Source of the DNA: the human T2T-CHM13v2.0 reference genome, Homo sapiens
DNA length: 64,000 bases
NCBI RefSeq assembly: GCF_009914755.1
Contig: NC_060925.1
Reading direction: 5' to 3' (one strand)
Position numbers and translations under genes: made by a program. Shown here one piece after another: positions 1-17,134 of the stretch. The stretch's first letter is position 1. Each line of letters begins with the position of its first letter. The notes beneath the pieces were generated by a model. It did no database searches and was not told the origin of the DNA. It worked only from the letters and a program-made list of their open reading frames with translations.

Positions 1-1263
1 AAGCTCCAAAATGATCTCCTTTGACTCCAGGTCTCACATCCAGGTCATTCTGATGCAAGAAGTGAGTTCCCATGGTCTTGGGCAACTCTGTCCCTGTGAC
101 TTTGCAGGGTACAACCTCCTCCTGGCTGCTTTCATGGGCTGGCATTGGGTGTCTGTGGCTTTTCCAAGTGGACGGTGCAAGTTGTCAGTGGATCTACCAT
201 TCTGGGGTCTGGAGGATGGTGGCCTTCTCACAGCTTCACTAGGCAGTGCCCCAGTAGGGACTCTGTGTGGAGGCTCCAACCCCACATTTCCCTTCTGCAC
301 TATCCTTGCAGAGGTTCTCCATGAGGGCCCCACCCCTGCAACAAACTTTTGCCTGGGCATCCAGGAGTTTCCATACATCTCCAAAATCTAGGCGGAGGTT
401 CCCAAACCTCAATTCTTGACTTCTGTGCACCTGCAGGCTCAATACCGCATGGAAGCTGCCAAGGCTTAAGGCTTCCATCCACTGAAGCCACAGCCCGAGC
501 TCTGTATGTTGGCCCCTTTCAGCCATGGCTGGAGTGGCTGGGACACAGGGCACCAAGTCCCTAAGCTGCACACAGCACAGGGACCCTGGGCCCAGCCCAT
601 GAAACCGCTTTTTCCTCCTGGGCCACCAGGCCTGTAATGAGAGGGGCTGCTGGGAAGGTTTCTGACATGGCCTGGAGACATTTTCCACACATCTTGGGGA
701 TTAACATTAGGCTTCTTGCTACTTATGCAAATTTCTGCTGCTGGCTTAAATTTATCCTCAAAAAATGGGTTTTTCTTTTCTACTGCATTGTCAGGCTGCA
801 AATTTTCTGAACTTTTATGCTCTGTTTCCCTTTTAAAATGGAAGGCTTTTAACAGCACCCAAGTCACCTCTTGAATACTTTGCTGCTTAGAAATTTCTTC
901 CACCAGATACCTTAAATCATCTCTCTCAAGTTCAAAGTTCCATAGATCTCTAGGGCAGGGGCAAAATGCCACCAGTCTCTTTGCTAAAACATAACAAGAG
1001 TCACCTTTGCTCCAGTTCCCATCAAGTTCCTCATTTCCATCTGAGACCACCTCAGCTTGAATTTTATTGTGCATGTCGCTATCAGCATTTTGGGCAAAGC
1101 CATTCAACAAGTCTCTAGGAAGTTCCAAACTTTCCCACATTTTTCTTTTTTCTTCTGAGCCCTCCAAACTGTTCCAACCTCTGCCTATTACCCAGCTCCA
1201 AAGTCGCTTCCACATTTTTGGGTATCTTTTCAGCAATGCCCCACTCTACTGGTACCAATTTAC
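1..1263 (-). mobile_element. THE1 (MaLR) internal sequence, runs off the left edge of the window
   Basis: ORF 466-1236 contains typical THE1-int peptide (MWESLELPRDLLNGF...DLWNFELERDDL); directly abuts a THE1 LTR. Confidence 0.92.
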
Positions 1264-1614
1264 TGTATTAGTTTGTTTTCACACTGCTAATAAAGGTATA
1301 CCCATGACTGGAAAGAAAAAGAGGTTTAATTGAACTTACAGTTCCACATGGCTGGGGAGGCCTTAGAATTGTGGCAGGAGGTGAAAGGTACTTCTTACAT
1401 AGCGGTGGCAAGAGAATGAGGAAGAAGCAAAAGCGAAACCCCTGATAAACCCATCAGCTCTCATGAGACTTACTCACTATCACGAGAACAGCATAGGAAA
1501 GACAGGCTCTCATGATTCAGTTACCTCCCCTTGGGTCCCTCCCATAACACATGATAATTCTGGGAGACACAATTCAAGTTGAGATTTTGGTGGGGACATA
1601 GCCAAACCATATCA
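1264..1614 (-). mobile_element. THE1A-like LTR (5' LTR)
   Basis: Minus strand reads TGATATGGTTTGGCT...AAACTAATACA, 351 bp, TG..CA ends. Confidence 0.9.
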
Positions 1615-1898
1615 CACTACATCCAACAATATAATATACATTATTTTCAAGGGCACATAAATTGTTCACCAAGATAGACTATATGTTGGGCCACAAAATA
1701 TGTTTCAATAAATTTGAATAGACTGAAATTACACAAAGTAAGTTTTCTGACCCCAAGAGAATGAAATAAGAAATGAATAACAGTAAGATAATTTTAAAAT
1801 TCCCCCCAAATCTTTGGAAATTAAATAACATACTTCTATTAATCTATGGGTCAAAGAAGAAATCATAAGGAAAATTAAAAATATTTTGAACCAAATGA

Positions 1899-2596
<698 letters not shown>

Positions 2597-3019
2597 AAAG
2601 AAACTGGGGAAAAATTAGCAAATTAAATCTATAGTAAGTAGTTTCATTTAGGAAATAATGAAGAAAGCAAAGACAAAAGCAGAAGTCAATAACATAGAAA
2701 AATAAAACAATAGAGGAAATTAACAAAGCCAAAATTTGGTTCTTTGAAAAGATTTTGAAAAACCGGTAATCCTCTAGCTAAACTTACCAATAAAAAAGAG
2801 AAAACACAAACTAAAAATACCAGAAATGAAAGAGGGGAATCACCACAGATCCTACAACCATCAAAAGGACAATAAGGAAATATATGAGCAACCCTTATGC
2901 CTTTATACAGCTGACCCTTGAACAAGGATATCTTCATCTTTTTTGAACAACACGATTTCTTCATCTTTTGTCCCCCTTTTCTTCCTCCTCCTCCTCCACC
3001 TTCTTTCTTCTTCTTCTTC

Positions 3020-3065
<46 letters not shown>

Positions 3066-3185
3066 TTGGTAGAGACACGGTCTCCCTATGTTGCCCTGAC
3101 TAGTCTCAAACTCTTGGGGTCAACTGATCTTGCCTCAGTCTCTCTGAGTGCTAGGATTATAGGCGTAAGCCACTGATATGAGCCA
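3020..3185 (-). mobile_element. Alu monomer (FLAM/AluJ fragment) with (TTA)n microsatellite
   Basis: (TTA)n at ~3022-3065 followed by degenerate Alu left-arm sequence. Confidence 0.8.
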
Positions 3186-3212
3186 CAAATTTCTTTAAAA
3201 AGCAAAACTTGT

Positions 3213-3518
3213 CAGTGGGACATGTTGGCTCACACCTGTAATTCTAGCACTTTGGGAGGCTGAGGCCAGGAGACATCTCTTGAGGCCAGAAGTTCGAGAC
3301 CAGCCTGGGCAACATAGCAAGACCCCATCTGTATGAAAAATTTAACAATTACCTAGGCATGGTGGCACATGCCTGAAGTTCTAGCTACTCTGGTGGCTGA
3401 GGTGGAAAGATTGCATGAGCCCAGGAGTTCAAGGCTGCAGTGAGCTATGATTGTGCCACTGCATTCTCGCCTGGGCAACAGAGCAAGACCCTGTCTCTAA
3501 ATCAACAACAACAACAAA
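3213..3518 (+). mobile_element. AluJ
   Basis: GAGCCCAGGAGTTCAAGGCTGCAGTGAGCTATGAT right arm; (CAA)n tail. Confidence 0.9.
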
Positions 3519-3706
3519 CCTCCTAAAACCTCATCAAAACTGCCATATAAGTAAATAGAAAAATTGAATAGCCCTATATCTATCCAAGAAGTTAAATCCA
3601 TTATTAGAACAATAACAACAAAACTCCAGGCCCAGTTAGTGCCACTGGCGAGTTCCATAAAATCTTAAGAGTAGTAATGACATCAGCCTTAAAATAGGGG
3701 AGAAGA

Positions 3707-4183
<477 letters not shown>

Positions 4184-4310
4184 TCAAGTGTAGTTTATAT
4201 GAGAAATTCAAGTTAGTCTCTGTCATTTAAAAATCAATGAAATTCAACATATTAATAAAGGAGAAAAATCATTTGAACATCTCAATAAATACAGAAAAAG
4301 CATTTAATAA

Positions 4311-4603
4311 TTTTTTTTTTTTTGAGACAGACTCTCGGTCTGTCGCCCAGGCTGGAGTGCAGTGGCGCAATCTCAGCTTACTGCAACTTCCGCCTGCTAG
4401 GCTCAAGCAGTTCTCCTGCCTCAGCCTCCAAGTAGCTAGGGCTACAGGTGCCCGCCACCAGGACCAGCAAATTTTTGTATTTTTAGTAGAGACGGGGTTT
4501 CGCCATGTTGGCTAGGCCGATCTCAAACTCCTGATCTCAGGTGATCCACCCACCTCAGCCTCCCAAAGTGCTGGGGTTATAGGCATGAGCCACTACGCTC
4601 AGC
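4311..4603 (-). mobile_element. AluS
   Basis: Dimeric Alu with T tail. Confidence 0.95.
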
Positions 4604-4742
4604 TACATTTGATAAAATTTAACACCCATTAATAATAAAAATTTTCAGCAAACTAGAGCTATGGCCTCTATGAAAAACAAACAACTAAACATTATGTACA
4701 ATGGTAATATGTTGAATGCTTTCTTCTTAAGGTTGGGAATAA

Positions 4743-5068
<326 letters not shown>

Positions 5069-5720
5069 CACTTTTCTTTTAACATTGTAATGGAGTTTCT
5101 AGCCAAGGCAATAAAACAAGAAATAACAAGGCATAAAGATTTGAAAGAAAGAAATATACAAATCTTTATCCCTATTTGTAGATGAATTTAATTAATTAAA
5201 ATGTTAATTTAACAAGTTACAAAGATATAACATCAAAATATAAAAGTCAGTTTTATTTTACATACTAGCAGCAGTTACAAAATGAAGTACAAAAAACCAG
5301 TTCACTTTACAATACCATCAAATAACATAGACCCCTTAGTAAAAAAATTAACAAAATAAATGTGAGACCTCTGCCTACATTAAAAACTACTAAACATGCC
5401 TGAGGGAAATTAAGTAAGATCCAGATAAATAAAGAGGCATTCCACATTTATGGATTGGAAAACTCAATGTTTTTAAGATGTCAGTTCTCTCAAAATTGAC
5501 CAGTAGTTTCAATGCAATCCCAATCATCATCACAACAGACTTTTAAAATAAAAATTGACAAGCTGATCCTAAAAGTTATAGGAAAATGCAAAGGACCTAA
5601 TGGAGTCGAAACAATTTCAAAGAACAAAACTGGAAGAATTAAATTACCTGACTTTGTGACTCACTACAAAGCTACATTTATCAAAGGCAGTACAATATTG
5701 CCATAAGCATGTAAAGTTGA

Positions 5721-6124
<404 letters not shown>

Positions 6125-6433
6125 ATATACATATTAGATTTTCAAACAAAGGTCCCAAGTAAATGGAGAAAGATAAACATGTCAATAAATTAGTTTCTTG
6201 GAGGAAAAGTTGATTCCAGTGCTGGAGCAGGAATAGTAAAAGGAGCTCGTGGTGGTTCAATCTCAGTGTGTTCCAGGGGAGAGGTGGGGGTTATTGTCTC
6301 TTCCAGGGGCTGTGCCATACTCTGCCTCCTGGAGCATCAAAGCATCTCTGCTCTTTTCCCCAAGGCCCTCAGAGTCTCTTGAGAATACAACCTGGGTAGA
6401 GGTGAGGCTTTCTCTGTAGAATCCAGGCATGAA

Positions 6434-6878
6434 CCAACCAAATGCCCATCAGCGATAGACTGGATAAAGAAAATGTGCTATATATACATATATACTATGC
6501 AGCCATAAAAATGAATAAGATCATGTCCTTTGCAGGGACATGGATGAAGCGGGAAGCCATCATCCTCAGCAATCTAACAAAGGAACAGAAAACGAAACAC
6601 CACATGTTCTCATTCATAAGTGGGAGCTGAACAATGAGAACACATGGACACAGGGAGGGGAACAACACACACCAGGGCCTGTTGGGGGCTGGGGGTTGAG
6701 GGGAGGGAGAACATTAGGACAAATACCTAATAATGCACATGGGGCTTAAAACCTAGATGACAGGTTGATAGGTTCAGCAAACCACCATGGCACATGTATA
6801 CCTATGTAACAAACCTACACATTCTGCACATGTATCCCAGAACTTAAAATAAAATATTAAAAAACTAAAAAAAAAAAA
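6434..6878 (+). mobile_element. 5'-truncated primate L1PA 3' end
   Basis: ORF2 C-terminus (MSFAGTWMK..AIILS), G-rich 3'UTR and poly(A); perfect 16-bp TSD AGAATCCAGGCATGAA at 6418-6433 and 6879-6894. Confidence 0.95.
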
Positions 6879-7003
6879 AGAATCCAGGCATGAATCATAT
6901 GACATTCTGACAGACCATGACAAACCCTCTAGTCGCCTCCTAAACTCTCCCTTACCACCTTCATGCTCCTTTTGCATCAATTTTTTTTTTAAGTGTGGAA
7001 AAA

Positions 7004-7122
7004 CCAGGTGTGGTGGTACATACCTGTAGTCCCAGCTACTCAGGAGACTGAGGAAAGAGTATTGTTTGAGCCCAGGAGTTCAAGGCCAGCCCAGGCAACA
7101 TACTGAGGCCCCATTTCAAAAA
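7004..7122 (+). mobile_element. Alu monomer (FLAM-like)
   Basis: Single 7SL-derived arm. Confidence 0.8.
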
Positions 7123-7129
7123 ATATTGA

Positions 7130-8317
<1,188 letters not shown>

Positions 8318-8509
8318 TAGTTTTATATATTTTGATATTACACAAGTGAATGCATAAATACATCCTCATTATACAAATTTGAACAATAAGAATGTATGTA
8401 GGTAAAAGCAAAGTATCCCATTCATGTCCTCTGCCCCTAGCATGTCCACCTCTTTTTCCTCATTGCTCTGTAAGTTTGATTAAGTATATGGCTGCTGGTT
8501 GTTGAAATT

Positions 8510-8710
8510 CCAACTCTGCTGTTTATTCACTAGCTGTGAGATCTCAGGCACTTACTTAACCTCTCCTCATTAGTACCTACCTCACTGAATTGTAGGGACA
8601 GGAATAGTAGCTACCTTAGTGAGCTGTTATGATAATTAAATGAGTTAATTCCTGTAAAGAGATGAGAACAGTGCCAGGTGCATTGTTATGTACTCTATAA
8701 GGGTTGACTC
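8510..8710 (+). mobile_element. MIR
   Basis: MIR core motifs (TAGCTGTGAG..TTACTTAACCTCTC; GTTATGATAATTAAATGAGTTAAT; AGAACAGTGCCAGG). Confidence 0.75.
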
Positions 8711-10854
8711 TTAGGATCAGTTTGGCGTGTACCTTTTCAGAACTTTCCTATACCTTTACCTACATATGCATGCATTTGGAAACGGATCGTTTGTAAGTAT
8801 TTGACCAATGTTTTGCAGTCCTTCAGCACTCATTATACTCTGCTGTCCCTAACACACATGCAATCAGGTTGTGACACCTTGAGATCAAACTGATCCCTCC
8901 TGCATCTCTCAGATGCAGTTTCAGCAGAGGTTGCACCAACTTCTTTATATTACCCAAGTGGTAATTTTTTAGTAGCAAACAAAAATTTCAGGAAGACAGA
9001 GTTCTAGTGTCAGTTTTGCCACTAAATGTACCTTAAGGCCACAGTGACAGCTTCATTCCAACTCCAAAAGTCTTGAGGTTAATATACATCTTTATGGAAA
9101 CCCTTTCTGAGAGAGCAATAAAAGGCAAATCACACCTCACAACACACAAGAAAACTCCCTAAAGCTCTTCTTTGTCTATTGGCAAAGCCACATTTATTGG
9201 CAATGCTCGGACTCCCAAAGCTCTGGGTTATGGCTCTCTCCTCACTGCCCTGCCTCCAGGGCTTGTCTGGGGACTCTGTTGGCTTTTTATCCACATGGTA
9301 TAATCTAGTCTCTTTCAGTTCCCATCAGTTCTCACCTCCAGGCCCAGCAGTGATAAGGTCCAGTAGAGACAAGGAAAGGTGAGATGGTAAGGAAGGAAAA
9401 CACTTTGAATTTAATACATATTTTTATTTCTGACACAGACATAACTCCAAGCAAGCCACTTTCCCTCCTAGCCCACAATCTGCCCTCCCTGTCTTCTTCC
9501 CCTCCTGCCCCTTTTCTCCCCTTTGCAGGTCACTGTCATGTGAGGGCCCCTACAACCTCCACTCAATAATACCTCATCCCAAAACAAGTTTGAGAACTCC
9601 TGCCATAGCAATTCTGGGCCTTTCTTTCTCTTGAGAAGGAGATACTGTCTTGGGAGAATAACATATCTTTGAGATGCCAGTTATTACTTCATCCATTTCA
9701 GAGGGAAAAACTAAGAAATTACGAGCACTTTAGAAATCATTCATATTAAATATGCCCTTAACAGTACCTTTTTTTTTCTCAGCTGGCCTTAGGCCTAATC
9801 TTATTCTCGGTCTCCATGGAGAATCTGGCCTTCACAGATCCTTTATTTGTTACAATAAAAAGCAGAAGATTTCTCGAATATTTCAAATATTCGGGTTTTT
9901 TTTTTAGGTTCACATAGTCCCTGGAGGGTTTTTTATTTTTATTTTTTCGCATCTGTTAACTGTTACTTAAAGCTTTAGGGGAGGGAGATGGGAAGGATAG
10001 GAATGGAAGGGATTCTGTTGCAAACAGCTCTTTTTGGTTATGAGTATGCTGGAATATTTTTGTTTTCAAAAAGCAGTCCTTGGTCAAGTTATGCCCTTTC
10101 TGTTTGGAAGTAACAGCCCAACTTTCACCTAACCTATGGCATGGGAATCCTTGGTCTCCCATCAGTGAGTCACAATGAACACAGCATTGGCAAATTTCAG
10201 TGAGCTTCCCACTTCACTTTCAAACTGCTGTGACTGTGAAACTTTCAAATGCTGTGAAACTTCCTGAGGCTCCTAAGAGTTTATCAGAGGCATCTGCATT
10301 TATGGGTTAGCAAACTGAGCTACTACAAATTTGAGCCCACACAATTAGATGCTGAGCAGACCCTCATCTAACATTTCATGAAAAAAAAATCAAACAATTA
10401 TTTTCATATTATTTACTATTTACTTTATTAAAAATCTCCCCAAATTGCCAAATTGTCTTTAAACTTAGAGAGAAGGGCTTGCAATTTTAAATAAGGTGGT
10501 CATGGAAGGAAGACCTCATAGAAAAGGTGACATTTGAGTAAAGACTTGAAGAAGGGAGAAAGAAAGCCATGTAGAGATCCTGGGGAAAAACATTCAGAGC
10601 AAACGGAACAGCAAGGTACGGGCTCTGAGATAAGAATTAGTATGGAGACCAGGCCTGAAGAATCCCTGAGCAGACAAAGCCAGTTGGGCCTCATGAGTGA
10701 CCTTAACCTTGCTTAATTTGCAAACATGAGGGAAACCTAATTTGATCAATTTCTTGTAGACACCTGTATTAAGAAAAATGAAATTTAAAGGTAACCAATC
10801 AGAAGCTGCCAACTAACTTATTATAACTAGGGACTTTCCAGCAGGATAGACTAA

Positions 10855-11195
<341 letters not shown>

Positions 11196-11488
11196 TTTTT
11201 TTTCTTTTTCTTTTTTTTTTTTGAGACAGGGTCTCACTCTGTCACCCAGGCTGGAGTGCAGTGGGAGTACAGCCTCGACCTCCTGGGCTCAAGCCATCCT
11301 TTCACATCAGTCTCCCGAGCAGCTGGGACTACAGGCCCTATCCATCATACCCAGCTATTTTTTGTAGTTCTTGTAGAGACAGGGTTTTGCCATGTTGCCC
11401 AGGCTGGTCTTGAACCCCTGGGCTCAAGCAATCTGCCCACCTCGGCCTCCCTAAGTGGTAGGAGTACAGGTGTCAGCCACCATGCCAT
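11196..11488 (-). mobile_element. AluJ
   Basis: AluJ-type CTCCTGGGCTCAAGC arms. Confidence 0.9.
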
Positions 11489-11829
11489 CTCTTTGCTTAC
11501 TTCTGTGTTTGTCCTATAAAATATTTCCTTTTGCATTCCTTAGTGAGGGCTTAAACCACCTTTTGGTTTGGTGCTTCTTGATTCATGCATCCCTGTTTGC
11601 TCAAATAACCTTTTAAAAGTTTCTGTTACCTTTTAACAGAATATGTCTCGTATGTTTGAAGAGGAATATTCTGTGGCTAGAATGGCTGGACCAAAACAAG
11701 TAAGGGGAATTAATAGAAGAGAAGGCAGACAGAAGCCAGGGTGGAGGGTGGAGGCAGATCACGTAAAGACTTACGGATTGAGAATACGACGAAAGTAAGA
11801 ATAGAAAATCTATTAGAAGCCTATTGCAA

Positions 11830-12933
<1,104 letters not shown>

Positions 12934-13185
12934 ATGTGTGGTGTGGAAACATTGGACCAACAAACTCTTTGACACTTCACCTATCAACAGGTGGAGTCTA
13001 ACTCCCCTTCCATTGCATATGAGCTGGATTTAGTAACTTTTTATTTTCATCCTTGTAATTGTTTTTATTGAAATATAATTAACATAAAATTTACAATTTA
13101 AAACCGTACAATTGAGTGACTAGTTTTCCATATATTCATAATGATGTGCAACTATTACAAGTATCTAATGTCAGAACATTTCCTT

Positions 13186-13472
13186 TCTTTTTTGTGTGTG
13201 AAATGGAGTCTTGCTCTGTCGCCCAGGCTGGAGTGCAATGGCACAATCTCAGCTCAGTGCAACCTCTGCCTCCTGGGTTCAAGCGATTCTTCTGTCCCGA
13301 GTAGCTGGGACTACAGGTGCGCACCACCATACCCGGCTAATTTTTGTATTTTCAGTAGAGATGAGGTTTCACCATATTGGCCAGGCTGGTCTCGAACTCC
13401 TGACCTCATGATCCACCCACCTCGGCCTCCCAAAGTGCTGGGATTACAGGCGTGAGCCACCACGCCTGGGCC
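13186..13472 (-). mobile_element. AluS
   Basis: Dimeric Alu. Confidence 0.93.
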
Positions 13473-14410
13473 AGAACATTTCTTTAACACCAAAAAGAAA
13501 CTTTATACTGTTATCAGTCACTTCCAATTTCCTCCCATCTCCACCTCACTTCCCATTCCCTAGCAAACACTAATCTGCTTTCTGTCTATGGATTTGCCTA
13601 TTCTGGACATGTCATACATGGAATCATACAGTATCTGGCCTTTCATGTCCAGCTTCTTTCACTGAGCATAATGTTTTTAAGGTTCATCCACATTACAGCA
13701 TGCATCAATACTTGATTCCTTCTTATGGATATTATTTCATTGCACAGATACACCACAATTTGTTTACTCATTCACCATTTGATGTATATTGGGTTGTTTC
13801 CACTTTGGGGCTATTTTGAATAATGCTAGTATGAAAATTCATGTACAAATTTTTGTGTGAATAGGTTTTCATTTCTTCCTTTTTGAGGAACTGCCAAACT
13901 TTTCCAAAGTGGCTGCACTAATTTACAATCCCACCAGCAATATATGCAGGTTCCAATTTCTCCACATCCTTGGCAATATTTTTAGTGTCTGTCTTTTTTA
14001 TAAATCCATCCTAGTGGGTGTAAAGTATTTCTCATTGTGGTTTTGGCTTGTGTTTCCCTACTGACATGATGTTGAACATCTTTTAATGTGCTTATTGGCC
14101 ATTTGTATATCTTTTTTCGAGAAATGTCTATTCAAACTCCTTGCCTGTTTTAAAATTGGGTTATTTTTGAAGTGTAAGAGTTCTTTATATGTTCTGGACA
14201 CTAGATCCTTATCAGATATATCATTTGCAAACATTTTCTTCCATTCTGTAGATTGTTTTTTCACATTCTTGATAGTGTCTTTGGATGCAAAACTTTTAAT
14301 TTCGATGAAGTCCAATTACCTATTCTTTTGTTGTTTATGTTTTGCTGTCATACGTAAGAAACTGTTGCCTAAGTCTTAAACCCGAAAAACTTTACATTTG
14401 TTTCCCTTTA

Positions 14411-14632
<222 letters not shown>

Positions 14633-15119
14633 TTATTTTGAGTTAATTTTTCTATATGGTGTAAGATAGTGGTCCAAATTCATTCTTTTGCATTTTGTAC
14701 TAGGATAGCTAGTTATTCCTACGCCATTTGTTGAAAAGACTGTTCTTTGTCCATTGAATGGTCTTGGCACCCTTACTGAAAATCTATGTATGGGTTTCTT
14801 TGTGAAGTCTCAATTCTATTCCACGGATTTATGTCTATCCTTATGCCAGTACCACTCTGTGTTGATTGCTGCAGTAAGTTTTGAAATTGGGAACTGTGTG
14901 TCTCCAATTATGTTCTTTAAAAAAAACTGTTAGGCTATTCAGGGTTCCTTGCATTTCCATATACGTTTTAGAACCAGCTTTTCCATTTCTTCAAAAGAAA
15001 GCCATTGGAATTTTCATAGAGAATTGCATTGAATTTGTAGATCTATTTGGGGAGTTCTTTCATCTAAACAATATTTTCCAATCCAAGACACAGGATGTCT
15101 TTCCATTTATTTAGGTCTT

Positions 15120-15418
<299 letters not shown>

Positions 15419-16698
15419 GGTCTTTTTAATTTCTTTCAATGATGTGCTGTGGTTTTCAGTATATAAATCTTACACTTCTTTGGTTAAATTTATTATTAAG
15501 AATTTATGTTTGTTGGTGCTATTGTAAATGAAATTGTTTTCATTTCATTTTCTGATTTTTCATTGCTAATTTATAGAAATACAACTGATTTTTGTATATT
15601 AATCTCATATCCTGCAACTTTGCTGATACTAATTAGCTCTAATAGTTTTTTGTAGGTTTTTTAGGGCTTTCTACCTATATAAGATTATGTCATTTGCAAA
15701 TAGAGATTGTTTTACCTTTTTCTTCCCAATCAGGATGTCTTTTTCTTTTATTTTCTTCACTAATTGCCCTTCCAGTACAATATTGAATGGAAGCAGTGAG
15801 ACCAGACATCCTTGACTTGTTCCTAATCTTAGGGGGAAAGTGTTCAGTCTTTCACCATTAAATATGATGTTGACTGAGGGTTTTTCATAGATGCCCTTTA
15901 TCAAGTTGAGGAAGATCCCTTATATTTCTAGTTTGTTGAATGTTTTATCATGAAAGAATGCTGGATTTTGTCAAATGGTATTTCCTGCATCTATTGAGAT
16001 GTTACTCAATAGTAACAAATTTTACTCAATTCTATTAATATGGTGTGATATACTGATTTTCATATTTTGAATCAACTTTCCATTCCTGGGATAAATTCCA
16101 CTTGGTCATAGTGTGCAATCCTCTTTCTATACTGCTCAATTTGGTTTGTAAGTATTTTATTGAGGACTTTTGCATCTCTATTTACAAGGGATATTGGTCC
16201 GTAGTTTTCTTATGATGTCTGGCCTTGGTATCAATGTAATATTGGCCTCACAGAATGAGTTATGAAGCATTCCCTCCCCTTCCATTTTTTGGGAGAATTT
16301 GAGAAGAATTGGTGTCAAGTATTCTTTAAATGTTCAGGAGAATTCAATAGGGAAGCCATCTGATCCTCGACTTTTCTTTGTTGGAAGTGTTTCTTGATTA
16401 CTAATGCAATCTCTTCATTGTAGGTCTATTCATGTTTACTATTTTTCCTGAATCAGATTTGGTATTTTGTGTGTTTCTAGAAATTAATACAATTCATCTA
16501 GTTACCTAATATGTTGGCATACAATTATCTATTGGAATACAATAAGTATTCCCTTATACTCCTTTTTATCTGTAAGGCCAGCAGAAATGTTCCTTCTTTC
16601 ATTTCTGATTTTAGTAATTTGAGTCTACTCTCTTCCTTTCTTTGGTCTATCTAGAGATTTGTCAATTTTGTTGATTTTTTTTTTTTTTGAGGGAATGA

Positions 16699-17134
<436 letters not shown>

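Noticed and set aside
466-1236. 256-aa ORF
   Set aside because: It is the standard THE1-int reading frame, frameshifted toward its end and present in many copies; no sign of domestication.
9875-9905. Perfect hairpin CGAATATTT-C-AAATATTCG followed by a T run
   Set aside because: Resembles a bacterial terminator, but this is human DNA and it is short enough to be chance.
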